This document shows, piece by piece, positions 50,050-59,138 of a stretch of 64,000 nucleotides of DNA. The first letter of the stretch is position 1; each line of letters opens with the position of its first letter. The stretch comes from Gammaproteobacteria bacterium (GTDB lineage: Bacteria; Pseudomonadota; Gammaproteobacteria; CBDBNL01; JAAOII01), in NCBI GenBank assembly GCA_965209035.1, contig OZ242372.1, positions 1,600,001 through 1,664,000 on the forward strand, given 5' to 3'. Below the pieces are notes generated by a model. That model made no database searches. It worked only from the letters and a program-made list of their open reading frames with translations, and had not been told where the DNA came from. Made by a program: the position numbers and the translations under genes.

Positions 50050-50130
50050 TATAATCCCACCCAGTTCGGGACTTTTGGTATTGAGAACCGGATCGGTGAG
50101 AGTTGTTTGCGAGCATCATAGGCTCGTTTG
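50050..50130 (-). repeat. Degenerate IS481 right-end copy
   Basis: ATCCCACCCAGTTCGGGACTTTTG...GGATCGGTGAGAGTTGTTTGCGAGCATCATAG aligns clearly with 5478-5560. Confidence 0.85.
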
Positions 50131-50219
50131 ACTGCGAATATATAATTGGTGGGTTTCGGCAAGTTCGGCTCGGACAATGGTAACGGCATCTTGCGTGACA
50201 CCGGTCGGGTTGTCATCGG

Positions 50220-51353
50220 CTACTTTGTCTTTTCATCAGAGAGAATCTTGGAATGAACGGCATAGAGGTATTTGTCATCGGAACCGACATAGATGGTTCC
50301 GTTGTTTGAGATGGCCGGGCTTGAAGCAACCACGTCATCTGCCCGGAATCTCCATTTAAGATTGCCGTTGGGTGTGATGGCATAGAGGTGTCTGTCGGCG
50401 GATCCGACATAGATGGTTCCGTCGTTTGCGATGGCCGGGCTTGAAGCAACCACGTCATCTGCCTGGAACCTCCATTTGAGATTACCATTGGGTGTGAAGG
50501 CATAGAGGTGTTTGTCGGCGGATCCGACATAGATGGTTCCGTCGTTTGCGATGGCCGGGCTTGAAGCAACCACGTTATCTGCCCGGAACCTCCATTTGAG
50601 ATTACCATTGGGTGCGAGGGCGTAGAGATGTTTGTCGGCGGATCCGACATAAATGGTTCCGTCATTTGCGATGGCCGGGCTTGAAATAACCTTACCACTT
50701 GTCTGGAATCTCCATTTGAGATTGCCATTGGGTGTGAAGGCATAAAGGTGTCCGTCGAGAGATCCGACATAGATGCTGCCGTCGTTTGCGATGGCCGGGC
50801 TTGAAAGAATCGGACCACCTATTTTGAACTTCCATTTTTGTCTGCCGTTGGGCGTGAAGGCATAGAGGTGGTTGTTGAAGGATCCGACATAGACCGTCCC
50901 GTCGTTTGCGATGGCAGGGATTGACCAAATCGGGCCGCCTGTTTCGATCTTCCATTTTTGTCTGCCGTTGGGTGTGAAGGCATAGAGGTAGTTGTCTTCG
51001 GATCCGACGTAGATAGTCCCGTCGTTTGCGATGGCCGGGCTTGAAAAAATCCAACCACCTGTTTCAAACTTCCATTTAAGATTGCCGTTGGGTGTGAAGG
51101 CATAGAGGTGTTTGTCGTCGGATCCGACATAGATGGTCCCATCCTTTGCGATGGCGGGGCTTGAAAGAATCGGACCACCTGTTTCGAACTTCCATTTGAG
51201 GTCACCCGCTTTCGGGCCGGCAGAAGGATCACAACCGCTTAGCCACAGGACGGCAAGTATTCCCGTGCAAACGGCAATCCAAATCCCACTTATATGTTGC
51301 GGCTGTCTTTGAGGTGTTATTGTTCCTCGGTTATCTTGTTTGGAGAAGATCAT
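50220..51353 (-). CDS. PQQ-like beta-propeller repeat lipoprotein
   Basis: Lipobox LSGC, then eight 40-aa repeats of the form KWxF...SSPAIANDGTIYVGS.D..LYA (120-bp DNA period). Confidence 0.92.
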   Translation of the reverse strand: MIFSKQDNRGTITPQRQPQHISGIWIAVCTGILAVLWLSGCDPSAGPKAGDLKWKFETGGPILSSPAIAKDGTIYVGSDDKHLYAFTPNGNLKWKFETGGWIFSSPAIANDGTIYVGSEDNYLYAFTPNGRQKWKIETGGPIWSIPAIANDGTVYVGSFNNHLYAFTPNGRQKWKFKIGGPILSSPAIANDGSIYVGSLDGHLYAFTPNGNLKWRFQTSGKVISSPAIANDGTIYVGSADKHLYALAPNGNLKWRFRADNVVASSPAIANDGTIYVGSADKHLYAFTPNGNLKWRFQADDVVASSPAIANDGTIYVGSADRHLYAITPNGNLKWRFRADDVVASSPAISNNGTIYVGSDDKYLYAVHSKILSDEKTK

Positions 51354-51400
51354 GAATTTATGAGTATGCTTAATTTTAACTGAAGGGGCACTCTTTTTCC

Positions 51401-51490
51401 GTATTATCTCGCCCGGTTTTGGGTTTTTCTGTTGAGAACCGAATCCGAATACACCGAGGCGGATTGTTTACGAGCATCATAGGCTTGTTT
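51401..51490 (-). repeat. Degenerate IS481 right-end copy
   Basis: Shares TTGAGAACCG and TTGTTTRCGAGCATCATAGGCT with 50050-50130. Confidence 0.7.
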
Positions 51491-51632
51491 TTTGATGCCT
51501 ACTCAACCGGGGCGTATCGAAAGTGCCGGTGCTTAATAAAGAGAGATATCCTTGCCTTCGAAATAAGGGGGCGGGACCGATCTGCCTCCAAAATACCGGG
51601 CGTTGTAAAATGGAGGGAAGTAAAAAGCAACA

Positions 51633-51712
51633 ATTAAGCCATTAAGCCATTAAACCATTAAACAACGAAGCAACGAAGCAACGAAGCGATAAAACGATGA
51701 AACGATGATATG
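51633..51712 (+). repeat. Drifting 8-bp tandem array (10 units) ending in the methyltransferase start codon
   Basis: Units ATTAAGCC x2, ATTAAACC, ATTAAACA, ACGAAGCA x2, ACGAAGCG, ATAAAACG, ATGAAACG, ATGATATG. Confidence 0.85.
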
Positions 51713-52696
51713 GTGAAACAGAATAGGATCAGCCGCGAGGATGTCTTGGATTTTTTGCGTTCCATACAGCAGAGCCATTGTTTTGATTTAACCATCGCCG
51801 ATCCGCCCTACAACATCGGCAAGGATTTTGGCAATAACAAAGATAACAAGACGCTTATCGATTATGCCGATTGGAGTGAGTTGTGGATTAATGAATGTTT
51901 ACGGCTCACAAAACGCTCTTCGCCCGTATATGTTTACGGTCTGCCCGAAGTGTTGGCTCATGTTGCCGTGCGTTATCCGCTCGCGCAACAAAGGTGGCTC
52001 ACTTGGCACTATACAAACAAAACGGTTCCCGGTAGCAAGTTTTGGCAAAGAAGTTTTGAGTCGATCCTGTGTTTGTGGGAAGGCGAGAAGCCGAAATTGC
52101 ATGTGGATCTTGTCAGAGAAGACTATACGCCTTCGTTCGTTAAGAATTCCGCGGGCAAGGTTCGGCACAGTAAAAACTGCAGATTTAGTAACGGCAAATC
52201 AACGACCATTTACCGGGCGCACGAGAATGGCGCCTTGCCGAGGGATGTGATGAAGATCCCGGCTTTGGCGGGCGGTGCCGGTTATTCGGAGAGAGTGTTT
52301 TATTGTCACGATTGCAAGCGTCTTGGTATGCAAAAAGAAAGACATATGCATTCGGATTGTCGGATGACCATTCATCCGACGCAAAAACCGCAGAAGATCA
52401 CGGAGCGATTGATCAATGCCGCCGGGGCACAGAACTTACTGATCCCTTTTGCCGGTTCCGGTTCCGAGTGTGTGGTGGCGAAACGGATGGGCGTTGCGTT
52501 TTATGCGACGGAGATGAACCCGGACTATGTGAAGTTGGGGAATGCGTGGCTGCGTGCCGTCGCGATGGACGAACGACCCGGCAACAAGGTTCATTCTACC
52601 GGTTCCTCTGCTTCCCCTACTTCTCCCGGTTCTCCCGATTTTCCTGCTTCTGATGCGCCCGAAGAGGAAGCCGCCACTCTGTTGCAAAGAGAGTAA
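51710..52696 (+). CDS. Orphan beta-class N6-adenine/N4-cytosine DNA methyltransferase
   Basis: Motifs IADPPYN, HPTQKP and IPFAGSGS; CxxC/His insert; low-complexity tail. Confidence 0.92.
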   Translation: MVKQNRISREDVLDFLRSIQQSHCFDLTIADPPYNIGKDFGNNKDNKTLIDYADWSELWINECLRLTKRSSPVYVYGLPEVLAHVAVRYPLAQQRWLTWHYTNKTVPGSKFWQRSFESILCLWEGEKPKLHVDLVREDYTPSFVKNSAGKVRHSKNCRFSNGKSTTIYRAHENGALPRDVMKIPALAGGAGYSERVFYCHDCKRLGMQKERHMHSDCRMTIHPTQKPQKITERLINAAGAQNLLIPFAGSGSECVVAKRMGVAFYATEMNPDYVKLGNAWLRAVAMDERPGNKVHSTGSSASPTSPGSPDFPASDAPEEEAATLLQRE

Positions 52697-52708
52697 TATC
52701 CGTTAAAT

Positions 52709-53854
52709 ATGAAAACTCCCGTGAAAAAAATTGCACTCATTGCCACAGGCGGGACCATAGAAATGGCGAGCACGCGCGGCCGAGCGGGTTCTGAGGGTTT
52801 GGCGGGTTTTGCCGCCGAAAGTGATATCATCAAGACGCTGCAATCCTTGCCAGCCGACCTTGTCCAAAGAACAACCGTGCATCGTTTTTGTCGGCTGGAC
52901 AGCAGCGACATGGGGCGGGAACAATGGCAGTCGCTGGTTTCCCTGATTACGCAGCACAAAGCGGGCTACGGCGGGTTTGTTATTACGCACGGTACGGATA
53001 CGATGGCATATACCGCAGCCGCCCTTGCGTTTGCATTAAGACCGATTCTTAACTTCCCGGTGATTCTTACGGGCAGTATGCGTACCCCGGATCGGGAGGA
53101 CAGTGATGCGGCGTGCAATATTGAGGATGCGTTGCGTCTGGCGGAATCGGATCTGGCCGAGGTGGCTATTGTGATGCAAGGGTGTGCCTGGCGCGGAACC
53201 CGCGCCCAAAAGGTGACCTCGCTCAACACGGATGCGTTTGTTACGCCGGGGCTGTCTTGCTTGGCAAGTTTGGAAGAACGGGACGGAGCCGCGGGACATG
53301 CGCATACACATGTACATGCCCGACCGCATATTTACGAACACGCAGGCCGCATACGGGACTGCCGGGTGAGTGATTCCTCTTCTTCTCCCGCTTCCCATGC
53401 CTCCCCCGTCGGGCGGGAGATGTCATCCGCCCAGCCCCGCCCGCCCGGCTCATTCAACCCGTCCAATCTGTTCAGCAAAAACCTGTGTTTCTTTTCGGCG
53501 GTGCCGGCCGCCCAACCGCCGGCTGCTTTGAGCAAGGATATTAAAGTTGTTTTGCTTGCGGCATCCGGCGGTAATTTGACACCGGATTTTTTGGAGCACA
53601 TCCGTCACCTTAGCCGCACGGGGATTATCCCGGTGATCGGTTCCACAATTCCCGACCAAGGATCCATCGTTTATCCGCCTTTGGCGCGGGCGATGGAAAT
53701 GGGCGCGATCTCGGCGGTCAAGTACAGCCTTCCGGCGTTGCTTGTTAAACTCTCGTTTCTTATCGCACAAAGTGAACGGGCGGGGTATGGTGATGCGGCA
53801 CGCCGAGAGTTTATTGCCCGCGAATTGGCTGTTGCCTATGCCGGCGAAATTTAA
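52709..53854 (+). CDS. Asparaginase/glutaminase family protein (divergent C-terminal half)
   Basis: Motifs ATGGTI, LDSSDM, THGTDTMAY and LTGSM. Confidence 0.85.
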   Translation: MKTPVKKIALIATGGTIEMASTRGRAGSEGLAGFAAESDIIKTLQSLPADLVQRTTVHRFCRLDSSDMGREQWQSLVSLITQHKAGYGGFVITHGTDTMAYTAAALAFALRPILNFPVILTGSMRTPDREDSDAACNIEDALRLAESDLAEVAIVMQGCAWRGTRAQKVTSLNTDAFVTPGLSCLASLEERDGAAGHAHTHVHARPHIYEHAGRIRDCRVSDSSSSPASHASPVGREMSSAQPRPPGSFNPSNLFSKNLCFFSAVPAAQPPAALSKDIKVVLLAASGGNLTPDFLEHIRHLSRTGIIPVIGSTIPDQGSIVYPPLARAMEMGAISAVKYSLPALLVKLSFLIAQSERAGYGDAARREFIARELAVAYAGEI

Positions 53855-54146
53855 GACACCGCACGGTTGGGGCGATGCACTGATTGGGGGCGGTCTTGGT
53901 TAAAAGATAATAGCGGGCGGCGGGAGCCGCCTGTTTTTAATCCTTATTCTAAAAGTTCACTGCCGCCGATTGGGATGCGGTGCAGTGCGGGGCATTAAAA
54001 GATAAAAGATCGGCTATGTTATTGCGCGGCGGCAAAAAAGAGCCGGAAGTTTGGTATGTTGAGTGAGCCGGTAAGTCAGAGTCGGGGGCATCCCGTTTGT
54101 TCTGTCCGCAGAAAAAACTTGTTTTGCTTTCTCTTTCTTTCCCCCC

Positions 54147-57100
54147 TTACCTGCCTTGGGATCTGAGACCACCCGGAGCACACGACAGGACGGGATACTG
54201 CATAGGTGTGCCGAGATCCCAAACGCGGACGAAAGGATCACCGGGACCTGCCGGGTCGGTGTCTTGCCGCGTTTCGCCGGTGTTCGGATCGCACCAAAAA
54301 TCTGCCCAGTCCGCATAGATGCTGGCGGTGAACTCGGTTGGCGTTTGGAGTTCCGAGGTCGGCTTGAAGTTGGCGGTTTGGCCGCCGGTAGAGCCGGAAG
54401 TCATAGTCAGGCCTGTGGTCGTTCGGTCCCAGTAGGAGACGGTGACCGTACTGGAACTACTTGTTCCTATCAATCCGCCAACACGGTTCGCGGGGTAGCG
54501 CGTGAACCGAGGATCACTGACAGGACCACTGGCCGCATAGGAATAACTGATTTTGGCAGCGTTCCCAAGCCCAACCATGCCGCCGAGTGCCCGAGTGCCG
54601 GTGACACCGTCGCCGCCCCTCACATAGGAATGGCGAATATCTGCGGAACTGCCGCTGCCGACCAGACCGCCGGTAGTGGTATGTATATTAGATCCATCAT
54701 CCTGGTTACTGGAGACAGTGACATTTGCCGCATAGGAATAACGGATGTCGGCAGAATTCGCAAAGCCAACCAGACCACCGACTGCAGTATTACCAAAGAC
54801 CGAAGTGTGTTTGGCTGCCGTGCGATTTAATATCGCATCCTGCAGATCCCCGCCCAGAGCCCCTACGGCATTGCATAACGCCGTCATCGTCCCCGAAACT
54901 AAGAGATTTTCAAGATAAGCATTGCGACCATAACCGATCAGCAATCCCACATCATTGCAACCGTCAGTCCCAAGCGGATCGATAACAGTCACCGCCCCCG
55001 ACAGTCTCAGATTTTGAATGCGGGCATTTTCGCTGATCGCGCCAAACAACCCAATCCCGTACACATTACGATTACTGACAGAGATCAAGAGATCGGTGAT
55101 ATTATGATGATTGCCTTCAAAGATGCCATCGTAGCTGCCGTAGCCGGGGATGGGGTCGAAGCCAGTGGGAGGGGATTCTGCACATTCATTATTTTGATAA
55201 CAAGTGCCAATCGGCACCCAGCCGTTGCCGCTCGTCCAGGCGGGCATGTAGGCGGTGGCATTTGCGTAAGAACTTGCATTGCCGAAATTGAGAGAGCGTG
55301 CCAGCTCATAGCCGCGGCAACCGCCCTCCGGACAGCCGACCTGACCGACGGCGTTAATTTCCTCAAAATTGCCATCGTCCGCCCCGTCGGCGTTCAGGTC
55401 ATCGCGTAGCCGTGCCAGATCCTCTAGGGTAAAAATTTCTATCAGACCGTTATTATCGTCATCCACATCGCAGGCATCGCCTGCGTCATCGTCGTCCGTA
55501 TCCGTCTGATCCGCACTGGCAGTTAGTGGGCAGTTGTCCAACGGGGTCACACCGTCGTCGGCAAAGTCATTTATTCCGTCATTGTCATCGTCCGGGTCAC
55601 AGGCATCGCCGCCGTCATTGGCATTGTCCGTATTGGTCTGGTCCGCATTCGCAACCAGCGGACAGTTGTCCAACGGGGTCACACCGTCGTCGGCAAAGTC
55701 GTTTATGCCGTCATTGTCATCGTCCGGGTCACAGGCATCGCCACCGTCACTGGCATTGTCCGTATTGGTCTGGTCCGCATTCGCAACCAGCGGGCAGTTG
55801 TCCGCCGCTGTGGTCGTATTTGCTATGTCCGGAAAGCCATCATCGTCATCGTCCGTATCTTCTGTCAAGGTGGTATTCGTACCAGTAATGCAGCCGGAAA
55901 GGAGCATATCGGGTTGTTCGTCTTCATCTGTGTCGGTGCTCGCACAACGATCTAACCGGAACATATCTTCCGTATCCGGGGTGCCATCATTGTCATCGTC
56001 CTCGTCACAGGCATCGCCTTTGTCATCGTTGTCCGTATTGGTCTGGTCCGGATTGGCATCCTGCCGGCAGTTGTCCGCCACTGTGGTCGTATTTGCTATG
56101 TCCGGAAAGCCATCATCGTCATCGTCCGTATCTTCTGTCAAGGTGGTATTCGTACCGGTAATGCAGCCGGAAAGGAGCATATCGGGTTGTCCGTCTTCAT
56201 CTGTGTCGGTGCTCGCACAACGATCTAACCGGAATATATCTTCCGTATCCGGGGCACCATCATTGTCATCGTCCGGGTCACAGGCATCGCCACCGTCACT
56301 GACATTGTCCGTATTTGTCTGGTCCGGATTGTGGACGAGCCGGCAATTGTCTAACGGGGTCACACCGTCCTCGGTAAAGTCATTTATTCCATCATTGTCA
56401 TCGTCCGAATCTTCATCTGTGTCGCGACAGCCGTCACCGTCATTGTCCGCGGACGCATTGGAAGTCCAGCCGGTAACACCGGTCGGGCAAGTATCCGCAA
56501 GATCCGTCACATCGTCATTGTCATCGTCCTCGTCACAGGCATCGCCTTTGTCATCTTTGTCAGTATTCTTCTGGTTCGCATTGGTAATTAGCGGACAATT
56601 GTCTGCCGCCGAGTTTGGGGTTGCTTCATCCGGAAAGCCGTCATTGTCATCATCGTCATCGCAGACATCGCCACCGTCACTGGCATTGTCCGTATTGGTT
56701 TGGTTCGGATTGTAACGCAAGGGGCAGTTGTCGTCGATATCTTCATCACCGTCGCCGTCATCGTCCGTATCTTCTGTCAGGGTAGTATTCACATTGGTCA
56801 TGCAGCCGAAATGGAGCATATCGGGTTGTTCGTCGCCATCTGTGTCCACACTCGCACAGCGATCCAACGGAAACGCATCTCCCTCATCCGAGATGCCATC
56901 ATCGTCATCGTCGATATCTGCCTTCAAGTTGGTCTCCAAGCCGGTAGCACAGTTGATGTGCAGCATGTCGGGGAAGCTGTCGCCATCTGTGTCCACACTC
57001 GCACAAGGATCCAACGGAAACGCATCGTTCGTATCCGCAATTCCGTCTCCATCCGTGTCCGTTGCCTCGCCACCGGAACCACCGCCACCGCCGCCGACAC

Positions 57101-57221
57101 AGGCGGCGAGCAGGACGACTGACAGGGTGATTGTCAATAATAGGATAATGCCGCTGCGTGCCGTTCGCCCGGCCGCGGCCATGCCGCAACTCTTGAGAGT
57201 ATGCATTTCAAATATTTTCAT
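54147..57221 (-). CDS. Large acidic lipoprotein with thrombospondin type 3 (Ca-binding) repeats and a GLUG-like C-terminal domain
   Basis: Lipobox LAAC, many DNCP..N.DQTNTD...GDACDxDDDNDG units, and VGGLVG repeats. Confidence 0.9.
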   Translation of the reverse strand: MKIFEMHTLKSCGMAAAGRTARSGIILLLTITLSVVLLAACVGGGGGGSGGEATDTDGDGIADTNDAFPLDPCASVDTDGDSFPDMLHINCATGLETNLKADIDDDDDGISDEGDAFPLDRCASVDTDGDEQPDMLHFGCMTNVNTTLTEDTDDDGDGDEDIDDNCPLRYNPNQTNTDNASDGGDVCDDDDDNDGFPDEATPNSAADNCPLITNANQKNTDKDDKGDACDEDDDNDDVTDLADTCPTGVTGWTSNASADNDGDGCRDTDEDSDDDNDGINDFTEDGVTPLDNCRLVHNPDQTNTDNVSDGGDACDPDDDNDGAPDTEDIFRLDRCASTDTDEDGQPDMLLSGCITGTNTTLTEDTDDDDDGFPDIANTTTVADNCRQDANPDQTNTDNDDKGDACDEDDDNDGTPDTEDMFRLDRCASTDTDEDEQPDMLLSGCITGTNTTLTEDTDDDDDGFPDIANTTTAADNCPLVANADQTNTDNASDGGDACDPDDDNDGINDFADDGVTPLDNCPLVANADQTNTDNANDGGDACDPDDDNDGINDFADDGVTPLDNCPLTASADQTDTDDDDAGDACDVDDDNNGLIEIFTLEDLARLRDDLNADGADDGNFEEINAVGQVGCPEGGCRGYELARSLNFGNASSYANATAYMPAWTSGNGWVPIGTCYQNNECAESPPTGFDPIPGYGSYDGIFEGNHHNITDLLISVSNRNVYGIGLFGAISENARIQNLRLSGAVTVIDPLGTDGCNDVGLLIGYGRNAYLENLLVSGTMTALCNAVGALGGDLQDAILNRTAAKHTSVFGNTAVGGLVGFANSADIRYSYAANVTVSSNQDDGSNIHTTTGGLVGSGSSADIRHSYVRGGDGVTGTRALGGMVGLGNAAKISYSYAASGPVSDPRFTRYPANRVGGLIGTSSSSTVTVSYWDRTTTGLTMTSGSTGGQTANFKPTSELQTPTEFTASIYADWADFWCDPNTGETRQDTDPAGPGDPFVRVWDLGTPMQYPVLSCAPGGLRSQGR

Positions 57222-57295
57222 AAATTAATAATTAGTAGATATAAAATAATTAATACGGCATTAGTTTACCATATTTCGACGGATGTTTGTCTTTT

Positions 57296-57377
57296 ATCTG
57301 CAAACGCACAACACCAAACTCAGAGTCCAAAACCTTGCCGGGATGATGTGCTGTGCACATCATCCCGGCGAATTTTG
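57296..57377. repeat. Hairpin repeat family member
   Basis: ATCTGCAAACGCACAACACCAAACTCAGAGTCCAAAACCTT followed by a perfect 15-bp stem GCCGGGATGATGTGC/GCACATCATCCCGGC. Confidence 0.85.
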
Positions 57378-57462
57378 TAATTTTACATAGTGCCTTATAA
57401 TGAGAACAAACGGACAATTTTTATGAGATATTCACAATCACAATTAATCGCAATCAATCGCA

Positions 57463-57846
57463 ATGAAGCGAAACACAATGCGTAAGATATTTTTTTCGTG
57501 CCTTAAAAAGCTTGCTTTGGGCGCGATTCTTGTCGGCTTGTCATCCCATCTGCTCGCGGAAGGGCGGGCGTATTTTTGGTGTATTACCGAGTACCAAAAG
57601 GATACGGGAACGGTTGTTTATTATTCCAAGCAATTTTTGGCGGATATTAGCGGCAAATCCAGATACGAGGAGGCCTTTCATACTTATGTGGAAGCCCGCC
57701 ATGTGAAACACCGATTTAAGGGAGGCGCTTCTTGCCAAAGTCACAGCATTAAAGGAGAAGCCAAAAGAGAACGCGACGAATCTTCGCTGACGAAGAGGGA
57801 GCAATATGAAGGCATTAAGGTTGTCATAACGGACTGGGCTTATTAA
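57463..57846 (+). CDS. Small secreted hypothetical protein
   Basis: 127-aa ORF with a signal-peptide-like N-terminus and two Cys in the predicted mature part. Confidence 0.7.
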   Translation: MKRNTMRKIFFSCLKKLALGAILVGLSSHLLAEGRAYFWCITEYQKDTGTVVYYSKQFLADISGKSRYEEAFHTYVEARHVKHRFKGGASCQSHSIKGEAKRERDESSLTKREQYEGIKVVITDWAY

Positions 57847-57920
57847 CAAGTCCTTAATCATTAACCGATTTTCGATTTTGTTTGTCCGTTTGTTAAAGCG
57901 GGGTGCCGCCAAGGGCAAGG

Positions 57921-59138
57921 ATGTCAAAATCTAAAAAAAGAGGGGATAGCCCCGGCAAGCAGACGCTGGCAATTCGTTGTCAGTTGCCGCGCAGCCAACA
58001 GCGGGAGCATTCGGTTCCCGTTTATCTGACTTCCAGTTTTGTTTTTGATGATGCCGAATATGCGCGCAGCCTGTTTGCGCGCGAAAGGGAGGGCAACAAC
58101 TATGGCAGGTACCATGCGCCGAATGTCGCCGAGTTCACAAATAAAATGGCATCTCTGGAAGAAGCGGAAACGGGCGTCGGGTTTGCGACGGGTATGGCGG
58201 CTCTGTTCACCGCTATCATGGCCCACAGCAAGAGCGGGCAAAAGATTGTGGCGTCGCGTTGTCTCTTCGGATCCACGGTGCAAATTCTGACTCGCCTTTT
58301 ACCGCAGTGGGGTATGTCCTGTGCGTTTGTGGACAATACCGCGCCTATGGATGCTTGGGCGCGGGAACTGGATGGTGACACGAGTCTGTGTCTTATTGAA
58401 ACGCCGTCAAACCCGACATTGGATGTCACCGACATCGCGGCTCTGGCGGAAGTTTGTCGGGCAAGGGAGGTGCCGTTTTTGGTGGATAACGCATATGGCA
58501 CGCCTTTTTTACAAAACCCGATTGGATTGGGGGCGGATATGGTGATGCATTCGGCAACAAAATACATAGACGGGCAGGGCCGGTCTATGGGGGGTGTTGT
58601 GGTCGGTTCCAAGAAGCATCTCGGCCCTTTGAATTTTATGTTGCGCCATACGGGACCAAGTTTGTCGCCGTTCAATGCCTGGTTGCTTAGCAAGAGTCTG
58701 GAGCATCTGCAGTTACGGATGGAGAGGCACTGCGATAATGCGGAAAAACTGGTGAGCTGCTTGGCGGCGCATCCCAAGGTGGCGCGTGTCCTTTATCCGT
58801 TTGCGGCGGATAATCCGGGAGAGGCGGTCGCCCGGCGACAGATGCGGCGCGGCGGCGGGATGCTGAGTTTTGTTGTTAAAGGAGCGACACCGACCGAACG
58901 CCGGCGAAATGCCTATGCGATGCTTGACGGTTTGAAAATGTGTTCGCTCTCCGCCAACCTGGGCGATACGCGCACGATTGTCACGCATCCGTCCACGACG
59001 ACGCATAGTTCCTTGAATGAGGAAGAACGAGAGCGGATGGGCATAGACGAAGGCATGATCCGGGTTTCGGTTGGTTTGGAGGATAGCGAGGATATTCTTG
59101 CGGATTTTGACGACGCTCTCGGAGCAATGCCGGCATGA
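57921..59138 (+). CDS. metZ: O-succinyl/acetylhomoserine sulfhydrylase
   Basis: Motifs EHSVPVYLTSSF, ETPSNP, HSATKYIDGQGRSMGG and ANLGDTRT. Confidence 0.9.
   Translation: MSKSKKRGDSPGKQTLAIRCQLPRSQQREHSVPVYLTSSFVFDDAEYARSLFAREREGNNYGRYHAPNVAEFTNKMASLEEAETGVGFATGMAALFTAIMAHSKSGQKIVASRCLFGSTVQILTRLLPQWGMSCAFVDNTAPMDAWARELDGDTSLCLIETPSNPTLDVTDIAALAEVCRAREVPFLVDNAYGTPFLQNPIGLGADMVMHSATKYIDGQGRSMGGVVVGSKKHLGPLNFMLRHTGPSLSPFNAWLLSKSLEHLQLRMERHCDNAEKLVSCLAAHPKVARVLYPFAADNPGEAVARRQMRRGGGMLSFVVKGATPTERRRNAYAMLDGLKMCSLSANLGDTRTIVTHPSTTTHSSLNEEERERMGIDEGMIRVSVGLEDSEDILADFDDALGAMPA

Noticed and set aside
50250-51200. Regular repeats as a CRISPR array or DGR template/variable pair
   Set aside because: These are in-frame 120-bp coding repeats without unique spacers. 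No cas or reverse transcriptase gene is present, and differences are not adenine-specific.
54089-54125. IS481 right-end copy downstream of the TSP3 gene
   Set aside because: Only ATCCCG and GTTCTGTCCGCAG resemble the family, which is too little to list as a feature without a profile search.
55534-56715. 393-aa Ser-rich plus-strand ORF, and other long antisense ORFs over gcvP, nhaD and ileS
   Set aside because: Shadow frames of real genes; Asp codons read as Ser on the opposite strand.
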